From assembly GCA_937958695.1 (NCBI GenBank), contig CALGNK010000017.1, forward strand, positions 8,225-72,224: a stretch of DNA of 64,000 nucleotides, read 5' to 3'. How positions within the stretch are numbered: the first letter of the stretch is position 1; each line of letters begins with the position of its first letter. This document shows positions 10,049 to 20,239 of this stretch, in pieces. The notes below the pieces were generated by a model, which was given only the letters and a program-made list of their open reading frames with translations, searched no databases and was not told where the DNA came from. The translations under genes and the position numbers were made by a program. Origin of the DNA: an uncultured bacterium (GTDB taxonomy: Bacteria; DUMJ01).

Positions 10049-11346
10049 TCTTCAACAACTCCTTCTATCCTTAGCGTAGATTCAACCTTGTTTACCACAT
10101 CTAATCTCTCCATCTGAGACATAGCCTGTCTGAAAGGACCCTCTTGAGCAGTATGTGTGATAATAACTAATTCTGCCTGTCCTCTTGTATCAGGAACTTC
10201 CTTCTGGACAACACTAGCTATACTTATTCCTAGATCGCCAAAGACCTTAGCTATACCAGCTAATACACCTGCCCTATCAGGGACATTGAGTCTTATATAG
10301 TACCTTGTTTCAAGTTTTTCTATAGGTCTTATGGGTAGTTCTACTAGATTCGGTATATCAAACTGTCCACTAGATCCATCCCTTAGGGACCTTACAAGGT
10401 CACAAAGGTCAGATACTACAGCACTTGCGGTAGGTAAACTGCCAGCTCCCCTGCCATAGAGCATCATAGGTCCAACAGCATCACCAACTAGATAGATGCC
10501 GTTATATACACCTCTTACCGCAGCTAGCATAGAAGTTCTTGGAATCATTGTAGGATGAACTCTTAATTCTAATCCATCAGGGTGTTTTCTAGCTATAGCC
10601 AGGGATTTTATCTCATAACCAAGTTCGTGAGCATATTGAATATCTCTAATACTAATAATATCTATCCCTTCTGTATATATGTCTTCCGGTTTAACAAAAG
10701 CGTTAAATGCTATAGAGGAGAGTATGGTTATCTTGTAAGCGGAGTCTATCCCTTTAACATCATTAGCAGGATTTGGTTCGGCATAGCCTAGCCTCTGAGC
10801 CATAGCTAGAGCAGTTTCAAAGTCTTCTCCAACCTCTGACATTCTAGTTAAGATATAATTACTTGTTCCATTAAGAATTGCCCTAATCTCTTGGATACTA
10901 TTGGCAACTAAGTCTTCTCTTAGAACCCTTATAATAGGTATCCCAGCTCCGACACTTGCTTCAAAGTATATCTTTACACCCTTAGACCTTGCCATCTGAA
11001 AGAGTTTAAGACCATAAGAGGCGATAACATCCTTGTTAGCTGTTACAACATGTTTTCCTGCTTCTATAGCCTTACTGATAATTTTAAAGCCCTCTTCTTT
11101 ACCACCAGCAACTTCTATAATTACATCGATATCTGGAGAGTTGATAATATCTTCGACATCCTGAGTAAGTAATTCAGGCGGAACCTTAACCTGTCTCTCC
11201 TTTTTTATATCTCTTACACCTATCCTCTTTATATCTAGGATATTCCATGGGAAAGCCCTAACTTCTGCTTTCTTCTTTTCTAATACTCTCCAGACACCAC
11301 TACCTACATTACCAAGACCAATCATCCCTATATTTATATTTTTCAT
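10045..11346 (-). CDS. hom: Homoserine dehydrogenase with C-terminal ACT
   Basis: [43 protein letters not shown]. Confidence 0.95.
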   Translation of the reverse strand: MKNINIGMIGLGNVGSGVWRVLEKKKAEVRAFPWNILDIKRIGVRDIKKERQVKVPPELLTQDVEDIINSPDIDVIIEVAGGKEEGFKIISKAIEAGKHVVTANKDVIASYGLKLFQMARSKGVKIYFEASVGAGIPIIRVLREDLVANSIQEIRAILNGTSNYILTRMSEVGEDFETALAMAQRLGYAEPNPANDVKGIDSAYKITILSSIAFNAFVKPEDIYTEGIDIISIRDIQYAHELGYEIKSLAIARKHPDGLELRVHPTMIPRTSMLAAVRGVYNGIYLVGDAVGPMMLYGRGAGSLPTASAVVSDLCDLVRSLRDGSSGQFDIPNLVELPIRPIEKLETRYYIRLNVPDRAGVLAGIAKVFGDLGISIASVVQKEVPDTRGQAELVIITHTAQEGPFRQAMSQMERLDVVNKVESTLRIEGVVEE

Positions 11347-12650
11347 CTTTGCAACCTCACTAAATCTATATATTTTTCTCTTTCTACCCAGACCTCTTCT
11401 TTCCCATTATTTACACCTATCACAATAGGCCTGGGACACATATTATAATTGCTAGACATAGAATAGTTATAAGCTCCTGTAGCGGAGATAACAAGAATAT
11501 CTCCATTTTCTACCTTGGGAAGAGAAGCCTTATCTATTAGTATATCTCCAGATTCACAGAACCTTCCAGCTATAGTGACTGTTTCTGCCTTAGGCTTATT
11601 CATCTTGTTAGCCAAAAATGCAGTGTATTCTGCCTGATATAGCATTGGTCTAGGATTATCTGCCATTCCACCATCAACACTTACATATTTTCTAATCCCA
11701 GGTATCTCTTTTATCGTTCCAACTGTATATAGAGTAATTCCAGCATTACCAACTATATACCTTCCAGGCTCAAGAATAATGGTGGGATGCTTAATACCTT
11801 CTCTACTGCAGACTTCTCCTATAGGGTCTGCAACAGAGACCGCCATTTCCTTTGGGGTAGGAGGATCATCGTCTGGTTTATAGGCTATACCTAAACCACC
11901 ACCTAGGTCTAGTTCTTCTACAGAAAGATCCCACTCCTTAGTAAAGATAACAATCTGTTCAGCCATTATTTCAGCAGCCATTCTAAAGAACTTTGTATCG
12001 AATATCTGAGAGCCTATGTGACAGTGTAGCCCTTTAAAGTTTAAAAAGGCATCTGTCTTAATAAGTTCAATTGCAGTTTTTAGATCTTTACTGTTAAGTT
12101 GAAAACCAAACTTAGAGTCCACCTTACCTGTACTTATGTAGCTATGTGTATGAGGATCAACTCCAGGGGTAAGCCTAAGTAGGATATTTACAGGCCTTCT
12201 CTTAACTAGAGATGTTAAAAGTCTTAACTCATCAAGGTTATCAACTACTATATTCCCTACTCCAACTTCTAAGGCGAACTTTAGTTCTTCTATAGTCTTA
12301 TTATTTCCGTGAAAATATACATTCTCCATGGGGAAATTAGACTCTTTGGCTATAAATATCTCTCCACCCGAAACAACATCTAATCCTAAACCCTCTTCGG
12401 CAAGAATTCTTGTTATCTTTTTTATCAAGAATGCCTTTCCTGCATATAAGACTTTAGACTTAGGATATGCTTCCTTAAGACTAGAGAGAAACTCCCTCAT
12501 CCTATTTCTAAGCGTCATCTCATCGTAGAGATATATGGGGGTTCCATATTTTTTCACTAATTCTACAGTATCTACCCCACCTATCTCTAGATGGCCTAGA
12601 CTATTTATCTCTGCTGTATCTGGTAATAATCTATTCTTAGGAATCTCCAT
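11343..12650 (-). CDS. lysA: Diaminopimelate decarboxylase
   Basis: YAGKA, HCHIGSQI, EPGRY, CESGD, GAYNYSMSSNYN. Confidence 0.95.
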   Translation of the reverse strand: MEIPKNRLLPDTAEINSLGHLEIGGVDTVELVKKYGTPIYLYDEMTLRNRMREFLSSLKEAYPKSKVLYAGKAFLIKKITRILAEEGLGLDVVSGGEIFIAKESNFPMENVYFHGNNKTIEELKFALEVGVGNIVVDNLDELRLLTSLVKRRPVNILLRLTPGVDPHTHSYISTGKVDSKFGFQLNSKDLKTAIELIKTDAFLNFKGLHCHIGSQIFDTKFFRMAAEIMAEQIVIFTKEWDLSVEELDLGGGLGIAYKPDDDPPTPKEMAVSVADPIGEVCSREGIKHPTIILEPGRYIVGNAGITLYTVGTIKEIPGIRKYVSVDGGMADNPRPMLYQAEYTAFLANKMNKPKAETVTIAGRFCESGDILIDKASLPKVENGDILVISATGAYNYSMSSNYNMCPRPIVIGVNNGKEEVWVEREKYIDLVRLQR

Positions 12651-12651
12651 A

Positions 12652-13527
12652 TCAGTATACCGGATATCCAGAATTTTGAGTGAGTTCTCTATAGGCTGTC
12701 ATAATCTCTTTGGTAACCTTTCCAGGACTTCCACTACCTATAATTCTTCCGTCAACTCTTACTAATGGAATAACCTCTGCTGCTGTTCCTGTAAGAAATG
12801 ATTCAACTGCATTATACAGATCATGCCTAGTAAAGGGTTCTTCTTTTACTGGAATTCCTTTTGCCTTAGCTATTTCTATGACTGTATCTCTAGTTATACC
12901 CCTTAGCGCTCCTAGATACGTTGGAGGTGTTATTAGTTCACCATACTTTGTGTATATGAAGATATTATCTACAGCAGCTTCTACTACATACCCTTGAGGA
13001 TTTAAGAATATTGCTTCATCTGCACCTGCTAGATAAGCCTCATACTTTGCCATTGCACTGTTGAGATAGTTCAGAGACTTTATCTGAGGATTACATGCAT
13101 TAGGGTTATTTCTTATGGTTGATGCACAGACTGCAGAGATGCCTTCTTCATACATCTTTGAAGAGTACAGTGTAATCTTATCTGCTATAATAATCACAGT
13201 AGGAGACATTGCATCCCAGGGGTTTATACCTAGCCCTTTAACTCCTCTAGTAACAATTGGGCGAACATACGCATCTCTTAAATTATTTCTTCTTATCGTC
13301 TCTGCCAAAGTCTCTTTAAACTCTTCTTTAGACATAGGGATATTAATCAGAATACTATGGGCAGACTCATACAGTCTATCAATGTGTTCGTCAAGCTTAA
13401 AAACTCTTCCATTATAAGCCCTTATCCCCTCAAATACTCCATCGCCATATAGGAGTCCTCTATCATAAACAGATACTTTGGCTGACTCTGTAGGAACAAA
13501 TTCTCCATTTATATATACTATACCCAT
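12652..13527 (-). CDS. ilvE: Branched-chain amino acid aminotransferase (class IV)
   Basis: GLLYGDGVFEGIRAY, IKSLNYLN, LRGITR, TGTAAEV; start moved to ATG 13527 after AGGAGG. Confidence 0.9.
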   Translation of the reverse strand: MGIVYINGEFVPTESAKVSVYDRGLLYGDGVFEGIRAYNGRVFKLDEHIDRLYESAHSILINIPMSKEEFKETLAETIRRNNLRDAYVRPIVTRGVKGLGINPWDAMSPTVIIIADKITLYSSKMYEEGISAVCASTIRNNPNACNPQIKSLNYLNSAMAKYEAYLAGADEAIFLNPQGYVVEAAVDNIFIYTKYGELITPPTYLGALRGITRDTVIEIAKAKGIPVKEEPFTRHDLYNAVESFLTGTAAEVIPLVRVDGRIIGSGSPGKVTKEIMTAYRELTQNSGYPVY

Positions 13528-13561
13528 TACTATAGCCCTCCTAATAGTTAAATTTCCACTA

Positions 13562-13590
13562 ATTATACATAATAGGTAGTTTCCAAGCAA
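13562..13590 (-). promoter_or_regulatory. Sigma70-type promoter for the ilvE-lysA...murT operon
   Basis: TTGCTT-N17-TATAAT on minus strand; leader too short for a T-box or lysine riboswitch. Confidence 0.55.
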
Positions 13591-13601
13591 GAGAATTTTA
13601 G

Positions 13602-15197
13602 TTAATATAATATTATATCAGAATCTAATCTCACTTTTTTATTCCACCTAGATAAAAACCAGTCAGGAGATTCTGTATGGATAGGAATAATGATGCTTGG
13701 ATTGATTGTATCTATGAGCTCCTCTAACCCTTTTGGAGATATATGACCTGAAGCATGATATATTCTGTCAAATACTAGTTTGCCAAATTCCTCTCTTATC
13801 CCTTTAGACTCTATATTGAAGTACTTTAACCAGTTTAGCAGTCTAGTAAAATCTATATTTTGCTCCTCAGTATAAGCCTCACTGTTGGAATGGATATAGA
13901 TTGCGCCATTAAGTGTATCATAAGAAAAATCTAAAAGGTTCGGCAGTTCATAATAACCTATATTTAGTATGTAAGAACCTGGAAATTTCTCTATCTCAAA
14001 AGGTCTTATAAGAATATCCTCAACAGGAGGATCGTTAAATATCTCACCCTTTAAAAATTTACCCTCCCAACCCCTCCACTCTCCCTTTCCCTGATGATAG
14101 ACTCTGATATGGTCTATATATCTGTTAAAGTTCCAGTCAGAATTTATCATTGCTAAGGCATTCAAAAGTAGATAGTCTTTTGGAAGGACAACAAATTGTC
14201 TATCTGTTTCTTTTGCCACTTTAAGAAATGTATGAAATCTCTCTAGATGTCTAAGAGGGAAATCTGCAATTACAAGTTTATCCTTGTTTTTCTTTACTTC
14301 TTCATATACATTAGTATAAAGGGTAGCTTCAGTTATTACACTATGAGACTCTTTTGTTCTAGTGCCCTCTACTATAAGAACATCTACCTTACCTTTTAGA
14401 TATTCAATCATCCTTCTAGTAGAATTTGCTAACTTTAACCTATTCTCTCCAATATCTGATAGAAGCCTTTCTTCTTCAGGAAGAGGAGAATCTCTTAGGT
14501 CTCCAGTATAGAGAAATCTCATTCCATCAAGTCTAAAATATATACCTGCAGAACCAATAACAGAGTGATAAACAGGTAGAACCTTTGCATCTACAAATCT
14601 TACAGGGAAGGAGTCCTCTATACTTAATTCTTCGAAATATCCTTCTATATTACTCATCGATAGCGGAAGAGATGAAATACCATTGTCTCCAGAGTATATA
14701 AGTGTTCTCTTAATTGGCTCCTTATTATTTTTAAGCTTTATCAAAACATCTTCTCTTATAGGATAACTACCAGGTGTTCTCTTCTCTACTATTAATCTGC
14801 TCTTCTCTTCAGCATGTACTTCATTGATGGCTATAATTAGTGCCAACGTCTCTCCAGTAGAGAGTATTGGAATGTCTTCGTTTAAAAGACCTATAAAACC
14901 CATATGATCCATATGTGCATGGGATAGAAATACAAAGATTATCTCTTTTGATGGTTTCGGCAGTTTTAAATTAGCAGTAAGGTCTGATCTATAAAGATCT
15001 ATCTTAGGGAGAAGCCCTAGTTTTAATAAATCCTTGATGATTAGTCCTGTCCTAGGATTAACAAACTCTTCAAAGTATTTTCCCCAGGAGGAAAAGTTCA
15101 TACCGAAGTCTAATAAGACACTCCCCTCTTCACTTTCTACTAAAATTTTATTCCCTCCTATTACTCTATAGCCATCGAGAATTTTTACCCTTATCAT
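13602..15197 (-). CDS. MBL-fold beta-CASP nuclease (RNase J-like)
   Basis: IGGNKI, LLDFG, SHAHMDH, HS, YTGDLR, VEGT, HASGH, PIHTE. Confidence 0.75.
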   Translation of the reverse strand: MIRVKILDGYRVIGGNKILVESEEGSVLLDFGMNFSSWGKYFEEFVNPRTGLIIKDLLKLGLLPKIDLYRSDLTANLKLPKPSKEIIFVFLSHAHMDHMGFIGLLNEDIPILSTGETLALIIAINEVHAEEKSRLIVEKRTPGSYPIREDVLIKLKNNKEPIKRTLIYSGDNGISSLPLSMSNIEGYFEELSIEDSFPVRFVDAKVLPVYHSVIGSAGIYFRLDGMRFLYTGDLRDSPLPEEERLLSDIGENRLKLANSTRRMIEYLKGKVDVLIVEGTRTKESHSVITEATLYTNVYEEVKKNKDKLVIADFPLRHLERFHTFLKVAKETDRQFVVLPKDYLLLNALAMINSDWNFNRYIDHIRVYHQGKGEWRGWEGKFLKGEIFNDPPVEDILIRPFEIEKFPGSYILNIGYYELPNLLDFSYDTLNGAIYIHSNSEAYTEEQNIDFTRLLNWLKYFNIESKGIREEFGKLVFDRIYHASGHISPKGLEELIDTINPSIIIPIHTESPDWFLSRWNKKVRLDSDIILY

Positions 15198-16612
15198 ATA
15201 TAGCCCTTTTCAGAGAGAATTCCTATGAATTTCCTGTATCTATCTTCATATATAGAAACAAGCCCTTTATCAGGTTCAACCTCGGTATCTATCTTGACCA
15301 TATAAGAAACTGCAGAATCTAAAGAACTATAAAGGGTCTTACTGGCACCTAAAATCGCTACACCCATACCTGAAGTTGCATTCCTAGGCCTCTTTAAAAT
15401 CTTATTCATAATATTAGCCCTAATCTTTAACCAGATGGGACTCCTAGATCCTCCTCCAACTGTATATATAGTATCGCTAGACTCTACGCCAATCTTAGAA
15501 AGCATCTCATAACAAAGTCTTTCTACATAGGCTACTCCCTCTAGATAACCAAGGTATAATTCTTCTTTGGAGGATGGATATCCTATGACAAAACCAACCG
15601 CTTTAGGATTTACAAATGGAAATCTTTCCCCTTCTCTAACTAATGGGTAAACAATGAGAGGGCTTGGAATTAGATTTTCTATCCTTTTATCAAACTCTTT
15701 ATAGCTTTCTCCAGGAAAGACCTTTTCTAAAGCTTCTCCACCCACATTACTAGAACCGCCAGGAAACCAGCTTTTCTTTTCCGGATGAAGATGACTGTAA
15801 AATCTTCCCAAAGGATCCTTTATAAGGGAAGATGAAACACATTTTATTACTAGTGTAGTTCCAAGGGTAGTAGAAGATTCTCCTATCTTTACTGCCCCTG
15901 ATGCTATCTGTCCACTAGTCCCATCGGTGAGACCAGTAAATACAGGTATATCATAGTTTATTCCAAATTCCTCTAGAAGTTCTCTTTTGACATTTCCAAT
16001 AAATTCTCCTGGAGTTGTAACCTTTGGGAGCTTATTGATTTCGATTCCTAACTCTTCTATCTTAGACGGCCATCTATAATCTATTAGGTCAAACCCAAAC
16101 TTTAGTGCGTTTGTATGGTCTGTTATCCCTAAGATTCCAGTAAGCTTGAGATTTATAAAGTCTGTTGGGGATAAGAAGTATCTCGTCTTTTCATAAATTT
16201 CTGGAAGATTATTCTTTAGCCATAAGATTTTGGATAAGGCATAAGAGGCATTAAACTTATAGCCAAGCTTTTCTGTTAAATCTTTAAGGCATTCATTTAG
16301 AATTTTAGATTCTTCGAAACCTCTAGGGTCGTTGTACATCAATGCGGGTATCAAAGGCTCTCCATCATCGTCTATACAGACCACTGTCCCAGAGGTAGAA
16401 GTAACAATAAGAGATAAAATTTTGTCTTTTCTTTTCAACCTAGATATAGCAGAACCTAGGGAATCTTTAGCTATTTCCCACCAGTGAGAAGGATCGGTAG
16501 GGCTCTCCTTAAATATATCTTCAGCAGAGGATGCAATATTTCCTCCTCCATCTACTATAACTATCCTAACCCCTTGAGTTCCCAGATCTAATCCAAGAAA
16601 TAATTCACTCAT
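15194..16612 (-). CDS. FGGY carbohydrate kinase (xylulose/ribulose kinase-like)
   Basis: GLDLGTQGVR, STSGT, TDG, GERFPF, GGGSRS; start moved to ATG 16612 (ATGA overlap). Confidence 0.85.
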   Translation of the reverse strand: MSELFLGLDLGTQGVRIVIVDGGGNIASSAEDIFKESPTDPSHWWEIAKDSLGSAISRLKRKDKILSLIVTSTSGTVVCIDDDGEPLIPALMYNDPRGFEESKILNECLKDLTEKLGYKFNASYALSKILWLKNNLPEIYEKTRYFLSPTDFINLKLTGILGITDHTNALKFGFDLIDYRWPSKIEELGIEINKLPKVTTPGEFIGNVKRELLEEFGINYDIPVFTGLTDGTSGQIASGAVKIGESSTTLGTTLVIKCVSSSLIKDPLGRFYSHLHPEKKSWFPGGSSNVGGEALEKVFPGESYKEFDKRIENLIPSPLIVYPLVREGERFPFVNPKAVGFVIGYPSSKEELYLGYLEGVAYVERLCYEMLSKIGVESSDTIYTVGGGSRSPIWLKIRANIMNKILKRPRNATSGMGVAILGASKTLYSSLDSAVSYMVKIDTEVEPDKGLVSIYEDRYRKFIGILSEKGYI

Positions 16613-17997
16613 TTTAGCTTTTCTCTCACCTCTTTTATACGTCCTTTCATAATAGATATCCATTCTTTTTGCGGTGTAATTCTCTTATATCTCGATGTTA
16701 CAAATATCTCAGTAATCTTCCAATACGGAGCACTAATCTCGGGCATTAAGGATTCAATCCTTTTAGCATACTCATAAGGGGTCTCCCACTTCTCCTTTCC
16801 AAGGTTCTTATTTGCCATAATTTTAAGAGAAAGTCTGTAATAGTATACTATCCAGCCCAAAATAGTGGATGGCCTTTCTATAGAGATGAACTTAGGTAAA
16901 CGAATACTAGACGTATTAATATTTTTCAGAAAGCCAAATTCTTTAGATAGCTCTATTATAGAATAGAACAATCTAGTAAAACCTTCTTTTAATATAGATA
17001 AAACTTTAGAGAAGAAACCCACCTTTATGAGTAGAATTAGAAGATAACTCATACCTATACCTAGGACTGTCCAGAAGATATAGTTTGGTATATAGAGTCT
17101 CTCTGGGTTATTAGGAGTAGAGATCCTAGGTCTTAGATATAAGATCCTGAGTCTCCAAAATAGGGGGTTAATAAGCGGAGTCCCATAATCTACAGGCTTA
17201 GGTTGAAAGAGTCTAGCCAAAAAATCTCCAAGTTTAGAGAGTGACAGGGGAGAATATCCCCATGGTAATATTAGACTAAAGATAAATACAGAAGACAAGA
17301 TTAATACAGGTAGAAATAGATCTCCACTAAAGTTTTTATTAGATATAATATGACCATCTAATACCTTTTCTGTAATTCTTATTCTTAGAGTTCCATACCA
17401 AATAAATATAAGATATAGAAGGAAGTATAGAGTAGCTATATACCATAGATATTGTGGAATTTCCCTCTTCCACTCCCATACAACAGCTAATACGATTATC
17501 ACTAGAAAAAGAATCGATATCCAATGGACCCCTATTCTTCTAAGATAAGGGACTCTATCTATCCTATGTGTAGGACTAGTTACCCACTCATAGTATCTTT
17601 TAGAATCTAATGGTGGTGGATACTCTTCCTTTTGAGGGAAAAGGAGAGCCCAGGATTCTGCGGTAGAGCCGGAGAGAGAATAAAAGATCAGAGAGATTAA
17701 TAGATTGATTGGAAAGTAAAAATCTCCTATCTGAAAGAAGCCTAAATCTAGACCAAGGTCCTTTCTTATTCCAAGGATAAAGATGAATCTAGCTAGAGGC
17801 AAGTAGGGTATAAGGCCTACCAAGCTAGAACCGGATAATTGAAAGAAATATGCAAATATAACCGCTAGAAGGATATTAAGGGTAGCAAAAGAGGATACAT
17901 ATAAGGATGGGAAAAGGATATTAATAATGCCATCTATCAATCTAAATCCTAAAAGAGAAAGGATAATAACAAAAGATAGACCACCGCATTCCTTCAA
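16609..17997 (-). CDS. Polytopic membrane protein with C-terminal DUF4129-like domain
   Basis: Many hydrophobic helices; C-terminal WETPYEYA...ITEIFVTSRY; follows DUF58; start uncertain (TTG 17997 or 18036). Confidence 0.65.
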   Translation of the reverse strand: MKECGGLSFVIILSLLGFRLIDGIINILFPSLYVSSFATLNILLAVIFAYFFQLSGSSLVGLIPYLPLARFIFILGIRKDLGLDLGFFQIGDFYFPINLLISLIFYSLSGSTAESWALLFPQKEEYPPPLDSKRYYEWVTSPTHRIDRVPYLRRIGVHWISILFLVIIVLAVVWEWKREIPQYLWYIATLYFLLYLIFIWYGTLRIRITEKVLDGHIISNKNFSGDLFLPVLILSSVFIFSLILPWGYSPLSLSKLGDFLARLFQPKPVDYGTPLINPLFWRLRILYLRPRISTPNNPERLYIPNYIFWTVLGIGMSYLLILLIKVGFFSKVLSILKEGFTRLFYSIIELSKEFGFLKNINTSSIRLPKFISIERPSTILGWIVYYYRLSLKIMANKNLGKEKWETPYEYAKRIESLMPEISAPYWKITEIFVTSRYKRITPQKEWISIMKGRIKEVREKLK

Positions 17998-17998
17998 G

Positions 17999-19168
17999 CT
18001 ATAATGCTTTGATCTTATCCTCATTAGGGACCTCATATACGAAGATCCCCTCCTCTCGCCTGTCCCCCCTATAATCCGTTAGAGTAAAGAGAGAAACATT
18101 TGTTCCTCTTCTATTTATACCTATTAGTGTCTTCATAAGATGATCGTTTTCTTTTGGGGTAATCACAAGCAGATTTACCCATCTAGGAAAAGATAGACTT
18201 TCAGAGTAAATTATAGGTGCAAATTCTTCTGTCCTTCTAGAGACTACTCTGGCAAGCAACTCTAAGATTCTTATCAGATGCTCCTCTCCTCTTCTGGGAG
18301 GAATTTTCTGGACCTTAAGTTCTGTGTCTCCTATCAACATATCCCCACCGTTTGTTACTAAGCCAACCTCCTGTTTCTTTCTAACAAGAAATGTCGCTAA
18401 GGAGGCGGTTAGGGTTATTGCCAGCTCTACCTTATAATCCCTGTCAAAAGGCATATAGTCTTGATACCTAAGATTCAGGAATATAACGCTTTGAGCTCCA
18501 ATCGTGGGTTCATACGTCTTTACCTGGAGAGTTCCAGTTCTAGCCGATAACTTCCAGTGGATCCTTTTTATAGGGTCATTATAACTATACTCTCTCGTGC
18601 CCCTAAAGAGTGAAGGATCCTCAAAGGCAACTTCATCTGAACGCAATTCTCCTATAGGTTGATATGAATGTATTCTTCCAAAGAGTATCGGAACAATCTT
18701 AGGATAAACGGTTAATCTTTCATTAAGACTAGAGATATTTTTAAACTCTTCTCCAGAGATAATATCTGATGTCTGCAAGATCACTGGTCCTAGCTCGTAT
18801 ATCCCCCTTTTTAGTCCTTTTATCTCATAATTCAAAGAGACTTTACTCTTAGGAGGAACTCTAACAAGTTCACCAATCTTATTTGGAAAGACAAGCCTTT
18901 CCGGAAGATAAGAAATCACCTCTAACCAGTATAGAGGAAGAGAAGCTCTGTTTTTTATATTTATATTGAATCTCGATACCTCTCTATGAAATATGTTCTT
19001 TGGTTCTAGAGAGGTATCTAACTCTATACGATTAAAGACAAACTTCAAGAGATATTTGCTTAATAAGGGGAGAATAATAGATAGGTAAAAGAGAGTATAA
19101 AGGAAGTGGACCTTAAAAAATATAGATAAAACTCCAAAAAACACAATGAGGGAAAACCATCTTATCAT
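17999..19168 (-). CDS. DUF58 domain protein
   Basis: LTVYP, FRGTREYSYNDPIKRIHWKLSAR; next to MoxR. Confidence 0.85.
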   Translation of the reverse strand: MIRWFSLIVFFGVLSIFFKVHFLYTLFYLSIILPLLSKYLLKFVFNRIELDTSLEPKNIFHREVSRFNINIKNRASLPLYWLEVISYLPERLVFPNKIGELVRVPPKSKVSLNYEIKGLKRGIYELGPVILQTSDIISGEEFKNISSLNERLTVYPKIVPILFGRIHSYQPIGELRSDEVAFEDPSLFRGTREYSYNDPIKRIHWKLSARTGTLQVKTYEPTIGAQSVIFLNLRYQDYMPFDRDYKVELAITLTASLATFLVRKKQEVGLVTNGGDMLIGDTELKVQKIPPRRGEEHLIRILELLARVVSRRTEEFAPIIYSESLSFPRWVNLLVITPKENDHLMKTLIGINRRGTNVSLFTLTDYRGDRREEGIFVYEVPNEDKIKAL

Positions 19169-20094
19169 TCTGCCCTTCCTACAGGTACCTCAGCAGAAGT
19201 TAATATGCTAGAAATTATACCTCTTGGTGTATAGCCTCTAAGGTGACTCTCAGACTTTAGAATTATACGGTGGCTCAAGACTAATGGAGCCAGCTCTTTT
19301 ATATCATCGGGAAGAACATAATCCCTACCTCTTATATAGGCTAAAGCCTGAGACGTTCTATAAAGGGCAAGACTCCCTCTAGGACTTGAGCCTACAGCTA
19401 TATCACTATGTTTTCGGGTTAGATTAACAATATCCAATATATATTGGATTATTGTTTCATCAACATACACTTCTTTTATCTTCTCTTGCAAGAATAATAC
19501 ATCTTCAAGGGTAGCTACAGGTTTTAACTCTTCTATTGGATGCCTAAACTTCTGCATCTTTATAATCTCTTTCTCATCCTCATACGATGGATACCCGATA
19601 GAAAGTTTCATTAAGAAACGGTCAAGTTGAGCTTCAGGAAGAGGGAATACACCTTCATATTCGATTGGATTCTGAGTAGCCATAACAATGAAGGGTCTAG
19701 GTAACTTTATCGATATCCCTTCAACTGTAACCTGCCTTTCTTCCATACACTCTAGTAGACTTGATTGTGTCCTTGGTGTGGCTCTATTTATTTCATCAGC
19801 CAAAACAAGATTTGCAAAGACTGGTCCTGGCTTAAACTCAAATTCTTGCGTCTTCTGGTTAAAGACAGATACGCCAGTAATATCTGAAGGAAGTAAATCT
19901 GGAGTACACTGAATTCTCTTAAAACTCATACCTAAAGAGATAGCTATAGCCCTTGATAACATAGTCTTACCTACACCTGGAATATCTTCAAGAAGAATAT
20001 GCCCATTGGATAGTATTGCTGTAAGAAAATATTCTATTACCTGTCTCTTACCAATTATTACCTTCTCTATATTTTCTATAATCTGCTGAATCAT
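19165..20094 (-). CDS. MoxR family AAA+ ATPase
   Basis: EDIPGVGKT, RIQCTPDLLPSD, DEINR, ATQNP, LPEAQLDRF. Confidence 0.93.
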   Translation of the reverse strand: MIQQIIENIEKVIIGKRQVIEYFLTAILSNGHILLEDIPGVGKTMLSRAIAISLGMSFKRIQCTPDLLPSDITGVSVFNQKTQEFEFKPGPVFANLVLADEINRATPRTQSSLLECMEERQVTVEGISIKLPRPFIVMATQNPIEYEGVFPLPEAQLDRFLMKLSIGYPSYEDEKEIIKMQKFRHPIEELKPVATLEDVLFLQEKIKEVYVDETIIQYILDIVNLTRKHSDIAVGSSPRGSLALYRTSQALAYIRGRDYVLPDDIKELAPLVLSHRIILKSESHLRGYTPRGIISSILTSAEVPVGRAE

Positions 20095-20199
20095 AATAAA
20101 TTATCCACTCTTAATATCAAATACAACTAGATTATAACACGAAAAGTCTAAGACAACATTAAGATATCCTTTCAATAAATATACTATTACCTGCCATTT

Positions 20200-20235
20200 A
20201 TATAAAATCTAGGGGATAGATTTTTCTATCCCCTA
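20200..20235 (-). terminator. Intrinsic terminator after guaB3
   Basis: 11-bp stem TAGGGGATAGA(20210-20)/TCTATCCCCTA(20225-35), 4-nt loop, GATTTTAT tail on minus strand. Confidence 0.75.
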
Positions 20236-20239
20236 ATAT

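Noticed and set aside
13528-13601. Expected T-box or lysine riboswitch before the amino-acid operon
   Set aside because: Promoter leaves about 30 nt of leader; no motif seen
13602-15197. Beta-CASP nuclease as an anti-phage effector
   Set aside because: No sensor domain, defence neighbours or mobility signs in the window
20101-20109. TTATCCACT DnaA-box-like 9-mer
   Set aside because: Isolated, one mismatch, and coincides with the moxR SD region on the minus strand
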